Shown piece after piece: positions 13,301-26,945 of a stretch of DNA of 64,000 nt. Where the stretch lies: the NCBI GenBank assembly GCA_043228905.1, contig JBHGNT010000006.1, positions 5,642,001 to 5,706,000 on the forward strand, given 5' to 3'. The notes beneath the pieces were generated by a model. It was not told the DNA's origin, made no database searches, and saw only the letters and a list, made by a program, of their open reading frames with translations. How positions within the stretch are numbered: position 1 is the first letter of the stretch; every line of letters begins with the position of its first letter. This DNA is from Azolla caroliniana. Taxonomy: Eukaryota; Plantae; Polypodiophyta. Made by a program: the position numbers and the translations under genes.

Positions 13301-13624
13301 CTAAGTAAAAAGGCATGAAAAGAATGGCAAATTATACTTAATAAAAACTTCAAATTTATATACACTTTGAGCACATCATTAGTGCAGAGGCACAAAAGCA
13401 AAGCTTTACCCTTTACCACAAAAGACTGTGGTCCAGAGAAGTGACCATTCCTGTAATGTCACCCTAGCTAAAAATGTCATGGAGGAGCTTATAATATGTT
13501 GTAATACAAAGAAGAAATATCCAACTATATATACACACTATTGGACCCCATTAATAAGAGGGAATTTTTTTAAAAACATATTTTACAATGTTTCCCTCTA
13601 GCTTATCTCCCAATTGCTTGCTTC

Positions 13625-16600
13625 TCATCCATGCTTTGTAAGCTTCCCTTGGAAAAACCTAGCAAAAGTGCCCTTGAATTTGCTCTTTTTATGAAAGGTT
13701 CGAACATCCGACCTCTTCGGTGATTCGGCATAAGTTTGTATTTGCGTTGGTGTTGTATGTGTATTCTTGGTGGAGAATCTAGGAAGTTTTATCATAGAGT
13801 TGCTTCTATCATCATGTGCACTGGTATGACTATTCACTGACATTTGATGAGCCATCTTGAAGCTGCTTGTTTCCATCATCTTGGGATTATATGCATCATA
13901 GCTTCTGCGTCCATTAATAATATAGGATGTGCTCCTATGAAAAGAAAACATTGTTGTTGGTTCACAATAAATGTTCAAAAATGTGATGATAATGTATATA
14001 TGATCGAAAAGCATTTAGTATTAATATTCAAGTAATAACACAACTATTTACTTGCACAAATAAAAACTGTGGTTGAAACTTGAACTCGCTCACTATAGAT
14101 GTTCAAGAATGTAATGATAAAGACATTTAGGGTGTAAACCAGTAACACTGGATTTTCTCTTATACAAAACAAATGTCTGTTAATTCACAAATAACATTCA
14201 ATGCAATATCTATGAATCAAAATTGTGATTTAATTCATATATAAAGCGTCGACAATAGATTTTTCCACACCTGTTTTTATCAGGTAAGACTGCTAGTTCA
14301 TGAGACTCCAGAGATAGCGCCTCTATGTCACCGATCCGCCTCTCCCTCCCAAAGCAAGGTTCATTTTCCATATCTTGTGTAATATGATTTGAAGGAAGTT
14401 TGTGAGAAACATTATATATGGTTTGATTCTGATACAAAGATCCCATATCCTGCTTTGAACTTGGGTTAATCCCGATAGTTCTTGAGAGCTTTTCATCATA
14501 GTCCTTGATCACTGATCCTTGTGTTGCTCCGAGCTTTTCAATACCCAGTGGGAGTGAAGCTAGTGTTGTCCTTATTTCTATGGGGAAACCAATAACTGAT
14601 TCAAATAGAGACATGATGCTCTTCTGTGACCTCTCGCAATTCAACTTGTGATCTGGATAATAAACCTCCAAATTGACAATGGCATCCACTACACACATTA
14701 AAAAATACCAAGTATATAAGGTATTTTGAAAAGAAAATATAAAAACCGGTAAGGGGTATCATATGTAATAGAACTTTTCCAACTCTTTTAGGTTTTATAT
14801 ACAAAGGAAAAGCAGCCATTTCTCTCAACTTATTGGGTTTTCACCGGAATATCGCTATGTTTTAAATAATTACCAAAATAGCTTTCTTGTAGTACAAAAT
14901 TTACTACATAGGGGTACTCTGGTGATTTTTTGGAAACTCTGGGGATACTTTGGTGCTTTGACCTTCATACTACTAATATTTATAAGCTTACCCTCCGAGA
15001 TTGCTATAGATATAAGTTTGACACTAGTGAAAAGAAATTGCTTCAGAGGTTGTAATCGGCATTTCTCGATCACTGCTTGCCAGATGTCATCCAGCTTGGA
15101 ATGACCAACCTCATTTTTACCAATAAATGATCCATTTTCTATTCTATCTTGAAAACACGATATTTCTGACATTCGCTGCACTGGCTCATGATAATGCCTT
15201 TGTAGGTTAACTCTTCCTTGTGGATTTCCTTGTGGACTCGGGCCTTTTGTCCAGTACACAACTTTTTCATGACCAACTCCATTATGTTCATCTTTGCTTT
15301 CCAGATTCAAATACTCCAAAGTTACATTTCGGGGGAAACTTGTGTTAGTATTCTCCGCTACCCGTGTTTTCTTTTCAGATGACTGATGATGATGATGCTC
15401 CATATCAGTGGCTTCATTCTCACCTCCATCATCAACAGGACTTTGTGTGACACTTGTACCAGCACATGATGTAGTGCATATGTATGAGCTATGATCGGGG
15501 CCAAGTTGAAGGAGCGCAGCAGTTAACCAAGTAGCTCTGTCGTTAGAAGCCCTGAGCTGCTTTTCAGCTTCTGACAACGTTTTCATTGCCACTCGTAGCC
15601 TCTCCAATTTCTCTTCCGAGACTAGACAAGTTGAACTTACATTAGCATAATCCCACAAACATGTGTCACTTCAAATGACTAAGATTAATGTAAAGTTGAT
15701 AAAAATGAAATACGACAATATAATGTTGATAATACAATTCATTTAATCAGAAACGTAATGAGCTAAGTGTGTGGCTTCTTGGTTATCATATCAATATATA
15801 GTGAGGAAAACAATGATGAACAAGAAGTTACGATGCCAATACATAGGTGCAGGAAATGAAGAATCAAACAAAGAAATGGTTTATTGGATAAACTCTTTGT
15901 TTTAACATTTGGGTGCTTGGTTCATTTCAGTAGCAATTCAATACTTACAAAATTGCTTTTGAAAGAAACCTTTTCTTTGTTTATCTGTAAACTTGAAACT
16001 GCCTGCTAGAATATCAGTTATTAAAGTTGCCAATTGTGACATCAAGGAAAGCGGTTCGAGGCCAGAATCTATAAGCTCTCTTGCCTTCCTTACAGTGGTC
16101 ACAGTAGACGCTTGCAACGCAGAGTCCAACAAGCTTAGCATTTTCTCATCTGATGCAGAGCCAACCTGATGAAGAAGTGAAAACAATGTTTGTATTAAGA
16201 GGTAAAGTTTATAGAGGAAATAGGTCAAGCAATTAGTATAAAGAAAAATCAATCGAGTAAATAGAATCAACAAAAGGCATGTATGTGAGATAAAAACGGA
16301 AACCATTGCTACTAATAGTACCAGTTCCTGAACTGTTGAAGAATTTATCTGCTGTCCTAACAAACTGACTTGATCAAGCGTTATTTCTGCATCCCGCAGA
16401 GAACCATCAGATCTCGATGCAATAAGCTGCAATGTTCCAATATCCACTGCTAGATCTTCTAGCATTGCTAGCTTCTGTAGCCTTTTAACGATCTCAGCAT
16501 CTCTTATTTTCGGAAAAAGGAATTTGTGGCATCTTGAAACTACAGTCCGAGGGAGCCGATCCGGATCAGTAGTGATGAGGATGAACACAACATTCATGGG

Positions 16601-18499
16601 AGGTTCCTCTAATATCTTCAGAAGTGCATTCCATGTCTCCGTAGCTAGAACATGGCACTCATCTATGATAAACACCTTGTACGGAGATGGAGTAGGCAAT
16701 AGTGTTTCCTCTAAAAGGCCCTTAACTCTCTCAATCCCATTGTTACTCGCCGCATCAACTTCTCTAACCTCAGGACACTTACCTAACGCTACACTAATAC
16801 ATTCGTTGCAAACTCCACAAGGCTTTTCTCTTTCAGTTGATAAGCAAAGGAGAGCAGATGCAAATATTCTTGCAGCTGATGTTTTTCCAGTTCCTCTAGA
16901 CCCTTGGAAAAGGTATACGGGAGCAATCTTCCCTTTTGAAATAGCATTAGAAAGGGCTTGTGTCACGATACGCTGCCCAACTATGTCTTCAAACACTTTC
17001 GGCCGATACTTCTGACTTAAATTTCGAGGCTTATATTCGCAAAGAGCAAGTTCTTTGCAATCTGTGACAGCGAGTTGACACTCTTCTACATTTGCCACTC
17101 TGACTATCTTACCAGTGTTATGTCTATCTGGAGCATCATTACCTGATTCCAATTCTAGCTCTCCTTCAAGCTCACCCATTGACGGCCCATCATTCGAAGA
17201 TGCCACCAACTCATCATCACTTCCATTGTAGTCATCTAACTCAGTCAAGAAAAGGAATGGCTCGGCCTCAGCTTTCATGTGTGGATAAGAAACTCTTCTC
17301 AATTGCTTACTCAAAAGCATAGATTGGGCCTCAGAACTTAGATTGCTCCTTCGTCTTGTTGACGACTTTGAATCGGGAGGCAAACCTAAGTTTTCTCGAC
17401 CACTGAATAGATGCCTTGTATCTAGTTTTTTAGAATGTTTGCTGTGATGTTGGATTCCTTCACTTTCCTTCTTGAAAGGCAATTGCACGGTGTTTACCTC
17501 ATTGTCAAGTAAGGTTGATTCCCATGGAATGGGTCTTGAATTGTGCAATAGTCGTTGTCGAGCTATATAACTGGCAGAATTGCTAAGCATTGGTATAGCT
17601 TTTGAAGCATTTTTTATGTTTCCTGACTGTTTCCTTTGTGGTCGGAGTGATTCGTGTGAAGAAAGATGATGAATGTGTGATCTCAAACTTGGTTTCCTTC
17701 CCAAAGCTTCATTTCCGTTCAATACAACCCCACTTGGCCATTCATCGGTGGTGTCACTTCCTTCTTCATTGTAATGGAAAGGTTCCTCTAACATGAAGGA
17801 AGGCTGGGAAGGAATAAAAGAATGCATTTCTTCACTAGGATCGAGCACCAAAGGCGAAAATACTTGCTCATTTTTCTTCAGCATGTGGCCATGTACCAAT
17901 CTAGAAGTAGTTTCCATGGATTTCAGTCTTCCATCCTCAACTTGACAAGCTTTGGATTGTTTCCTATTCCATGCCTCAGATGATGCTTCTAGTTGAAGAC
18001 CCTCAATGATAGAAGTGTTGACATGACCTCTCACACCATGATTTGAATTTCTCCAATTATGTAAAACAGAAGCTGATTCACCTACTGATTTACAACACCC
18101 CAATCCATAGTCCTCTCCACGGACTCTCGCATTTTCTAAACAACTTCTCGAGCATTCACATTCGGACTCTTCAGAAGTCAAGTCCCAACCTAATATCGTG
18201 GAATCAGGATGCTCATGAAATATATCTGTTTTTGGGGAACCATGATGGTGTTCATGAAGTGTATGAAAATCCTTCACTGATGAAGGTGTTTTAGTGACTT
18301 TTCTTCCTGTGTTTATTTTAAGATGCTTCCTTCTGCCATTTCTTTTGCTACCACCCCCAACATGTACCTTCTCACAATCTTGTCGTGTTATGTTCACTTC
18401 ACTTGTAGGTACTGTAGAAGCGCTTCCAAAAACGGGGGATTTTCTAACAGGATCTCGGATCCCCTTAGATTTGTTATTAGTTTTTAATAACTCCTTCAT
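13625..18499 (-). CDS. STICHEL-like protein (DNA polymerase III gamma/tau, DnaX-like AAA+ clamp-loader domain), 5 exons, ~1250 aa
   Basis: Exons 18499-16322, 16165-15949, 15621-14992, 14688-14271 and 13934-13625 join in frame at GT-AG junctions (3753 nt). Motifs include LSQKYRP..F..IVGQ, Walker A GSRGTGKTS, Zn module CLS..PCGVCNEC, Walker B DECH, SRC, GSLRDA and the plant STI-type LSEAEKQLR..TWLTAALLQLG. Confidence 0.9.
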
Positions 18500-19906
18500 T
18501 GTATGAAATTTGAATATACCTTGGTTCTCTTACTTCCAATATGATTGATTTTCTGAAATAAAACATGAGCACTTGATGAATGAATGCCCATTTCTGGTAA
18601 CACATCAGAAATATTAAACTGGATATTCATCCAAAGAAAGCAATATTAAACCCAAATGTAGTCCAAAGAAAGTGTTATTAAACACAATTTTCCACAGAAG
18701 GATCAGAAAAGAAAGTTAAAGATATACAGATTCAGCAAAGTGATATTGAAACCAATTTACATGGATTCTTCAGAAAACAAAAATTTATCAGGTTTGCCAT
18801 GCGGCCAAAGACCACAATATTTAAAACAATATCAATGGACTGATCAGAAAACGTGGATGTATCAAAATCCATGAAATACGATGACAAGAGGCCTGTATGT
18901 ATGTATATATAAACAAAACTGAACAAATATCGATTACTATCTACAAAACATTGAGAACCCATATTTATTTTTTAAGTTATCCCATTTACAATGAAAAGCA
19001 GAATAATATTTTGTAATCAAAAGCCGCTCAGATTATATGGCAAAAACAATCTTGCAGAAAAAAACATAAGAATCACTTCCTCCAAAAACCAGAAAGAAGG
19101 GCAGAGAAGAGAGACGTCGTTTCTAATGAATATGATGCACAAAATGCATGTATGGATAGAATGGAAAAGACACAAAAACATGAATAGTATGGTACGGAAA
19201 TATGATTGAAGGCTTTCGGTATACATATAAGGAAGACAAAGCATACCCGAACTAATGTTGTTGATATGGAAGGATCCCTCTGCATCTAACTCTCCTGTAA
19301 AACCAAATACAAATACATTTAGTGAAACATGAGCATACAATTCTATCAAGAAACTTATTCCTCTGTTTTCCTTTTCTCAAATCAAAATATCATCTGCTCT
19401 CTTTTCATGTCAATATATCCTCTCTTTCCTATTTTCATGTAAAAAAACACTGTTTTTCTCTCTTTTTTCTATCAACATCTACTCTGTTTCCATTTTTTAT
19501 ATCAACAAATTTACTATGGTTTTCTTTTCTGGGCATTATCAATATCTTTCTACTCTTGCTTCCATATCTGAATTGACTCTGGTTCTCATATATATAGATT
19601 GCCTCTGTTTCCACATCTGAGAATTTACTTTGTTTTCCCCCATATGTAGACATTTCTTTTGTTTCCATGTCTGAATTTTTAGTCTACTTTCATACATGTG
19701 CATGCACACACATTTACTCTGTTTCCAAAATCAAAGTGCTAATAAATACTCCCGTTCCCATTATATCACCATTCATATACATAAAATTTACTCTGTTTTC
19801 AAAAATCGAAGTGCCAATTAATACTCCCGTTTACATTATATCATCATTCATAACCAACATTTATATACACTGTGTTTCTAATCGTCATGCTACATACTCC
19901 GAGCTC

Positions 19907-20145
19907 TGTGATATGGTAATCATCAATGACATTAGTGTTAATTACCATAGTTAGGAAGATGATTAGGCACCATTACTCTACCTCAACCTTTGAGGTATGG
20001 TAATCAACAATATTATCAGCGCTAATTACCATGATTAGTGAGAAGATTAGTCGCCCCTATTCTACTTCAACTTCTGTGATAGGGTAATCATCAATATCAT
20101 TAGTTCTAATTACCATGATTAGGGGGGGTGACTAGGCACCACCAT
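19907..20145. repeat. Three degenerate ~84-bp tandem units, each with an internal ATGGTAAT..ATTACCAT inverted repeat
   Basis: Units start at ~19907, ~19991 and ~20075. Confidence 0.8.
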
Positions 20146-20376
20146 TAAGTCTGAAATACATTGAGTCATGACTCATTTTGGCGGTGGTTTCTACATAAAG
20201 GAATGATTTTCAATAGAAATTTTTGTGCTCAACGTTATATACGTAAGTTATATGTATGGTTTGTTGGGCCTTGTGAAAGAAAACCCAATTTTAGAAGGTT
20301 TGTCCATGGAATCACTTTGAGGTGATCTCCGAGTTTTGAAATTCGGATTGAACTCGGGAACCCGCGGGCCGCGAGT

Positions 20377-20508
20377 TCCAAAAACTCGTTTCTTTCAATG
20401 TCCGAGGAAGAAGCGGGAAGATTTCCGGCAAAAAACTCAATCGGGAGATCCAAAAACTCGTTTCTTTCAATGTCCGAGAAAGAAGCGGGAAGATTTCCGG
20501 CAAAAAAC
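20377..20508. repeat. ~60-bp direct repeat (72-bp period) in a GC-rich patch upstream of the STICHEL-like gene
   Basis: TCCAAAAACTCGTTTCTTTCAATGTCCGAG.AAGAAGCGGGAAGATTTCCGGCAAAAAAC at 20377 and 20449. Confidence 0.9.
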
Positions 20509-22463
20509 ATGAGGCATGTACTATTTCAAACCCATGGTTGTATAATTCACATCCTTCGGCGCCCAACATAGTCTACCTATTCATACCAAAATGATTTGGA
20601 TGTGTACATATATGTATTGGTGCCTTAACCCTAACCATGTTTTATTGTTCTAACTTCTAGCCTTTACCCATGACACATTTATGGTTATGTATCATTGCAT
20701 CCATTTAATGTATTGAACCACCATCTTCTTTACAGGCTTCCCTTTATTAGAAACCTCAATCTTGTTTGCAAAAAATTATGTATTGTCATACTTCATAAAT
20801 ATATGCATCACCAAACCTTCTCAAAAATATCCACTTCCCTTAGCTATTACCTTATGTTCATTATATACAACGAGTGCAGAGAAAAGCCATAGAGAGACAA
20901 TAAGACTACGTACCACTTTCTCCTCCATATGTTCACAATGCACATGCAACTTATTTCATGTATCAATGCAATCTTTTAAGAAATTGGCATTAAATAGCTC
21001 AATTTTCAAATGAACACAATGAGCAAAACAACTCACCTTGTTATCTCCTTGAAGATGAGTACTTAAGTTAAAATTTCATACGCTAAATGAGGTCTAATGA
21101 CTAGGTGCCATTAAGAATTACAGTAAGGGGATAAAGAGAGAGAAACTAGAAGTCATATTATTATTGCGTAAGGACGGGGGATAATGGGAGGACAACTACA
21201 TCGTTTATATGTTTAGTAATGAAAAGTGGCACCTTATGTAGGCATGATGCATAAGGATCGCCTTGGTAATATCCGAGAAACAATGAGTATTAGGTGAACC
21301 TTTCCTCAAGATATATCTCTATGAGTTAGGTATAGCAACAAGACGTCACACTCTCAAGAATGAATAAGTATGGATTGGACATGTGATTGGATGGACATAA
21401 ACACATATGGGTGAATAAATACACCCATATGCGATAGGATGGACATAAACACATATGGATGTATAAACACACACGCGAAGCCCCAATATTTCCCAACATT
21501 GGAGACCTTGACTCCTAAGTTGAATAAAGTATATTGCTCAAGTTTTTATGCATAGAGTATGTCGTTCACATCCTTTTATGTGGTGTACCTTCAATGTCAA
21601 TGGCCATGTCTTTCATTTTACCACAGATGTACCTACGTTATTTGCAGGTTTGGTAAACTTACAAAAGAAAGCTCATAAAATAAAATTTGTGCTTTCTTAG
21701 GTAGCATGGGAACATAAAGTGAAAACAACACTTCGTCAGTGGCACAAAATGACACAATAATTACATTTGGAATAAATGACTAACCAACATGACGTCCTTC
21801 ACAATATTCTAACACACATGACAAATTCTTACACATCATCATTACAAATTATCCTTGTAAATCACCTTCTAGTTTTATCTATCCCTCTAATAATTGGTAG
21901 AAAAATATAAAGTCAATAGAGGGTGCCCTATGCTTCGGTTAAAATGCAAAATGAACAACCTTTAGCTTGGCCTGGAGGCACATGGACACATCGAGTAGTG
22001 ATCGATCGTTTCACCTCGCTTCGACACCAATTGTCGTGGAACAACCTTTCGTAAAGGTTGCCTATTTAATTAATGTCTCTATACTCGTGTACTTAACAAC
22101 AACGTTCCCAATTTAGTCTACCCATTAAATCCCCAAAACCTTAGGCATTAGGAGCATTCCACCTACCCGACTTGAGCTAATATCACAACATTCAAACCAA
22201 TGTGTGCCTTATATCTATCTATCTATCCCTATAATGCATGTACATACATATTTATTTTAACATTATCTACTAGCTCTCTCTTGAACCTTCGATAGCTTGT
22301 AAGCTCCATATCTGCATGCACTTTTTTGGCGATAATATATGTCTCACTAGCAACAAATTCATAACCTTTTGCAGAAGATCATACTAAAATATCTCAATAG
22401 TCATAACAGGAAAGATAAATATATAGATCAAAGTATTTTTTAGCTTGGCTTATTGCATCCAAA

Positions 22464-22545
22464 GTCGCTTTGGCCGAGTGGTTAAGGCGTGTGCCTGCTA
22501 AGTACATGGGGTTTCCCCGCGAGAGTTCGAATCTCTCAGGCGACG
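22464..22545 (+). tRNA. trnS-GCT: tRNA-Ser(GCT)
   Basis: GTCGCTTTGGCCGAGTGGTTAAGGCG TGTGC CTGCTAA GTACA ... GAGAGTTCGAATCTCTC AGGCGACG folds as a cloverleaf with a long variable arm and A/B boxes. A TTTT run follows at ~22562. Confidence 0.96.
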
Positions 22546-25500
22546 CGACTTGTTAATAAACTTTTGCAAGTTCTCTAAACCTAGTTTATTAGGTTCTCTT
22601 TCTTCTTAGAAAATTCATGGTGTTTCTCACTTGTTTTCTTCCTCCTTCCTTTTTTGTCTTTTGTCCATTTCATGATTGTGGCATTTCCTCTACTTGAGCT
22701 TCCTTTGGTTTCTTTAGAGGAAGGAGATAGCAAGGACCACTTGAGCTGGTATCCCGATTTGGCGAGATGTTATCGTGCTAATGCTCGACTTGGTGGCACA
22801 TTTTCATTTTCAATCATCGGTTTCACCTTATAAATTTACAATATAACCTCCGGACCTAAAAAGATAAACGTTGCAAACATAATGTTTTTCCTCGGAAGAC
22901 GAGACACACAATTGTTGTTGTGATGAGGCAATGACAACATGAAAGGGAGTGGGGACCGTGCTAAGGTTTTGAAGACAATATCAGAAGCTCTAATAAAATA
23001 TTGCCTTGACAATGTCATGAAGCAAAGTTGTATTATTGTTTGTTTATACAAGATGAGTGAGTGAGCTAGGTCTAAACCACATCGATCAATTAATTTCCCA
23101 TGTCTCTATAGTTGTGTCTTTGGCCTACACTCCATTTACCAAAAAAAAAAAATAGAGTGTGAAATGTTTCTAGGCAAGCGATCCTTCCAATGAATTGGGG
23201 TGGGTTTGTCCTTTTATCAAATCCACCCCTCTAGGATTAATACATTCTAGGTAACAATGACTTTGTGCCCATTGCTTCTTTGAACCATCTCCTTCACATA
23301 TCCGCCTTGATGTTATTGGCCCATCAATGGACTCTTTTACATCCACAACATTTTTTGCCCACTACATAAATGGGTTTTTGTATTTTGGTGTCGAAGTAGT
23401 CTGGTTTGGGTAGCATCTAAGTTGAGTTGAGGTTGCATCATTGGATATATATTTGTTGCTCGCTAATTTTCCACTTCAAGAATGGGGTTATATGGTGATG
23501 TGATACAACACACACACACACAACCTATTGGCTTGAGGGCATTATGCATGCTACTTTGATGGTTCTTTTGTGATAGTCATTTAACAATGAATTTAGTTTT
23601 GACAAGCATGTGATAGGCAAGCCTCACCTTTTTTATTTATTTACTCTTGCCACAACCCATACATCCATGACATACCCATGAACATCTATAACCATAAATT
23701 CTATCGATCGTACAACCACCCTTTCGAAGCTACGTGTTTCCTTTTCTAGTTTTGAAGTTACAAGGGCAAATCAACGTTCTCACATACCTATGGCCTCACA
23801 AGGTAGAACTCCCTTGATGTGCATGTTAAATGCTTGATGTTATTAGCATTATCCACATGCATATATCAGAAAATCGAGGTACAAATTGTACCTACAACAA
23901 AATACAAATAGAACCAAGACTTGATAAAAGTTATAAAGATAATAGAAGTCGATGTTTTAGTGAATGAACATTGAACACACACCCCTTTAAAATGAAATTG
24001 GAATATCTATTTACATTTTTTCAGCTTTATGTTTTAGTTTAATTATCTTTTCTTCAAAGACCATGGTTTCTTGGCTTGCATTGGACATGTGGGACACAAG
24101 GCACTCTTCAAAATGTAGGGGTCATGCTTTCGTCACAAGAAAACTAAATAAATAAAAATTTGTTCCCATATTTTTTTCCTCAAGAATAATTTGTCAACTT
24201 GTATTTGGTAGCTCCTCTAAATGAAAAAAATACGCTTAATCCTTGTTTTTCCAAAAAAATTATATATGTTTTATTATTTCCCTTTAAAATTTCTAATCGT
24301 TTAATCACGTGGCATTCTTGGCTAGCATGTTGTTTAGATATGGACACCTTTCAATAGCACATTGTGAGTTGAATTGTGCACACGTGCAATACTTCCAATG
24401 CCTATACATGATAGGGGTCATGTTGAATTCACAAACAATGTGGACAACGTAGCATTTCCCCCCCTAATTCAAAGGAAAAAAGCAACAGAGTTAGATCTCA
24501 CATCTACTCAAGATTCTCAAAAAGTGGTCACCAAATTTAAAGGAAAATCAAACAAACAAGAGAAAAAGTTCAAAGATTGAATACCTAGTCATGACAATTG
24601 GAGGGAAAAAGATGAAGCAATAATGGATGAGAACGGCAGGTGAATGTATGTATAATATAGATAATTGTGCATAATGTACTTTTGGTCAAAGCAAACCACT
24701 ACGACAAGAAAAGACGAGGTGCATATCAATGCAATCAAAGGTGCACACAAAAGGGAGAATCCACTTTTAGCCAAGAATGGAGTTGATGCAAGGGCTATAA
24801 AATAAGCGAATGAGATGTCTCATTGTCATATTCCCATTTTTTAGAGATTGAATGCCCTAACTTTGGTCTTGGCAAAATAACTTCAGATGATTTGCGAATC
24901 ACAAAGGCACATAAGGGGCTCATGATGGTGTTGAAGCATCAATCATGGACACACCATGCCAAATCAATTATTTCTATATTCATGTTGCTCCAGGCTCCCA
25001 ATGTATTTGGGATCATCCATTATAATATCTCACTACAATTTGAATCTACTTATGTAGAATCTAAATTGTGTCAAACCCCGTTTCATGTTTCCCTTTAAAC
25101 ACTTCAAATAAATCACTTGACAAAGACAAAGACAAGGTCTACAATTGGATCACTTATTACACCTATGCATGAACATAACTAATGGTAACTCTAAATGTGA
25201 CGTGACCCCGACATGAAGGTCGCACAATATCAAACTTTATAGTGAAGTAAAAGGTGTCCGAAAAATAACATGTCGAGTCAACTTGAGTGGGCTCGTGTAC
25301 TGGTATAATTGTTTGTTGTCATTACTTACTTGGGTGACAAGGAGAAGGTGTCAAAAACAAGGGGAGTTAAGAAAGTATAAAGGTAGTGAAATGCAAATTA
25401 AACAAATGAAAATATAACAAAGATGCATTGATTCAAAAAAATAAGGTACATGATAACCAAAGTAAGTAGTCGAGTTTAACAAAGTTTAACTCTGATTTCA

Positions 25501-25731
25501 ACCCAAAACATGGAGTTTATTTTTGAAGGTCTACCATCAAAGCAAGTTCATATTTGTTGAACCATATGCCCATCATGGATAAAAGACTACTCACTAAGTA
25601 GAGCAAGTGAGTGAAATGTGACAAGGTCTATAAACAAGGCCTACATTACAGTAAGTAGTCCCCAATAATTTCCCAATGAAAATATGATGTTTTTTTTTAC
25701 AATCTTCCACTTGCAAGCATTAATGTAAGAA

Positions 25732-26945
25732 GCTAAATATTCGATAAGTAGTCCCCAATAATTTCCCAATGAAAATATGATGTTTTTTTTTTTACAATCT
25801 TCCACTTGCAAGCATTAACAACATGGACAATAGATCACCTAAATTCACCCCAAAATATGTATTCTTAATTTTACAAAATAAGAATCAAGATGGAGTAGCT
25901 ATTGCATTAAAACAAATGTTGAGAGTGGTTATATAATCTATGAATTACAAGAATAATAATCAAGAGTGAGCTAGATAGATAGAAAAATCTGATGGGTACG
26001 AATTTTCGATGATATCTCATCAAATTGCTCTTCACTAACTATCGACCCTTTTCAACCCTAAATTCAACATAAATAGAGTCTCCCAGAATATAAATGAATT
26101 TTTAATAGAATCTCTCAAAACTTAACAAGGAAAAAATACTATGAAAAATTTGGAGAGGAGAGAACTTCCAAAATTCAATGTAGGCCTTTTTTTTTTTTTT
26201 TTTTCAAAGTAAAGCTACTTTCCCATTAGTTAGGAAGGATTATTACATAGAGTCTATAAGGAAATTTATACACACATCGGGGAGACTTCCTCCGACTTAT
26301 CGAATATTTGGATATAGGTAGCTTCTTACATTAAGTTAGGCCGCAAGGCAATGTAAGCGGCTCATCTTCTTTGGCTTGATCGGAGGAAGTCTCCCCGATG
26401 TGTGTATAAATTTCCTTATAGACTCTATGTAATAATCCTTCCCTAACTAATGGGAAAGTAGCTTTACTTTGAAAAAAAAAAAAAAAAAGGCCTACATTGA
26501 ATTTTGGAAGTTTCTCTCCTCTCCAAATTTTTCATAGTATTTTTTCCTTGTTAAGTTTTGAGAGATTCTATTAAAAATTCATTTATATTCTGGGAGACTC
26601 TATTTATGTTGAATTTAGGGTTGAAAAGGGTCGATAGTTAGTGAAGAGCAATTTGATGAGATATCATCGAAAATTCGTACCCATCAGATTTTTCTATCTA
26701 TCTAGCTCACTCTTGATTATTATTCTTGTAATTCATAGATTATATAACCACATCTCAACATTTGTTTTAATGCAATAGCTACTCCATCTTGATTCTTATT
26801 TTGTAAAATTAAGAATACATATTTTGGGGTGAATTTAGGGTGATCTATTGTCCATGTTGTTAATGCTTGCAAGTGGAAGATTGTAAAAAAAAAACATCAT
26901 ATTTTCATTGGGAAATTATTGGGGACTACTTATCGAATATTTAGC
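25732..26945. repeat. Long near-perfect inverted repeat: arms 25732-26295 and 26380-26945, 84-bp spacer
   Basis: Arm 2 is the reverse complement of arm 1 along its length (for example GGAGACTTCCTCCGA / TCGGAGGAAGTCTCC and GCTAAATATTCGATAAG / CTTATCGAATATTTAGC). The differences I saw are small indels. Confidence 0.97.

Noticed and set aside
15938-18499. 853-aa single ORF taken as the whole STICHEL-like protein, with an apparent transmembrane stretch
   Set aside because: The hydrophobic stretch is a read-through GT-AG intron (16166-16321), and the gene continues in three further exons.
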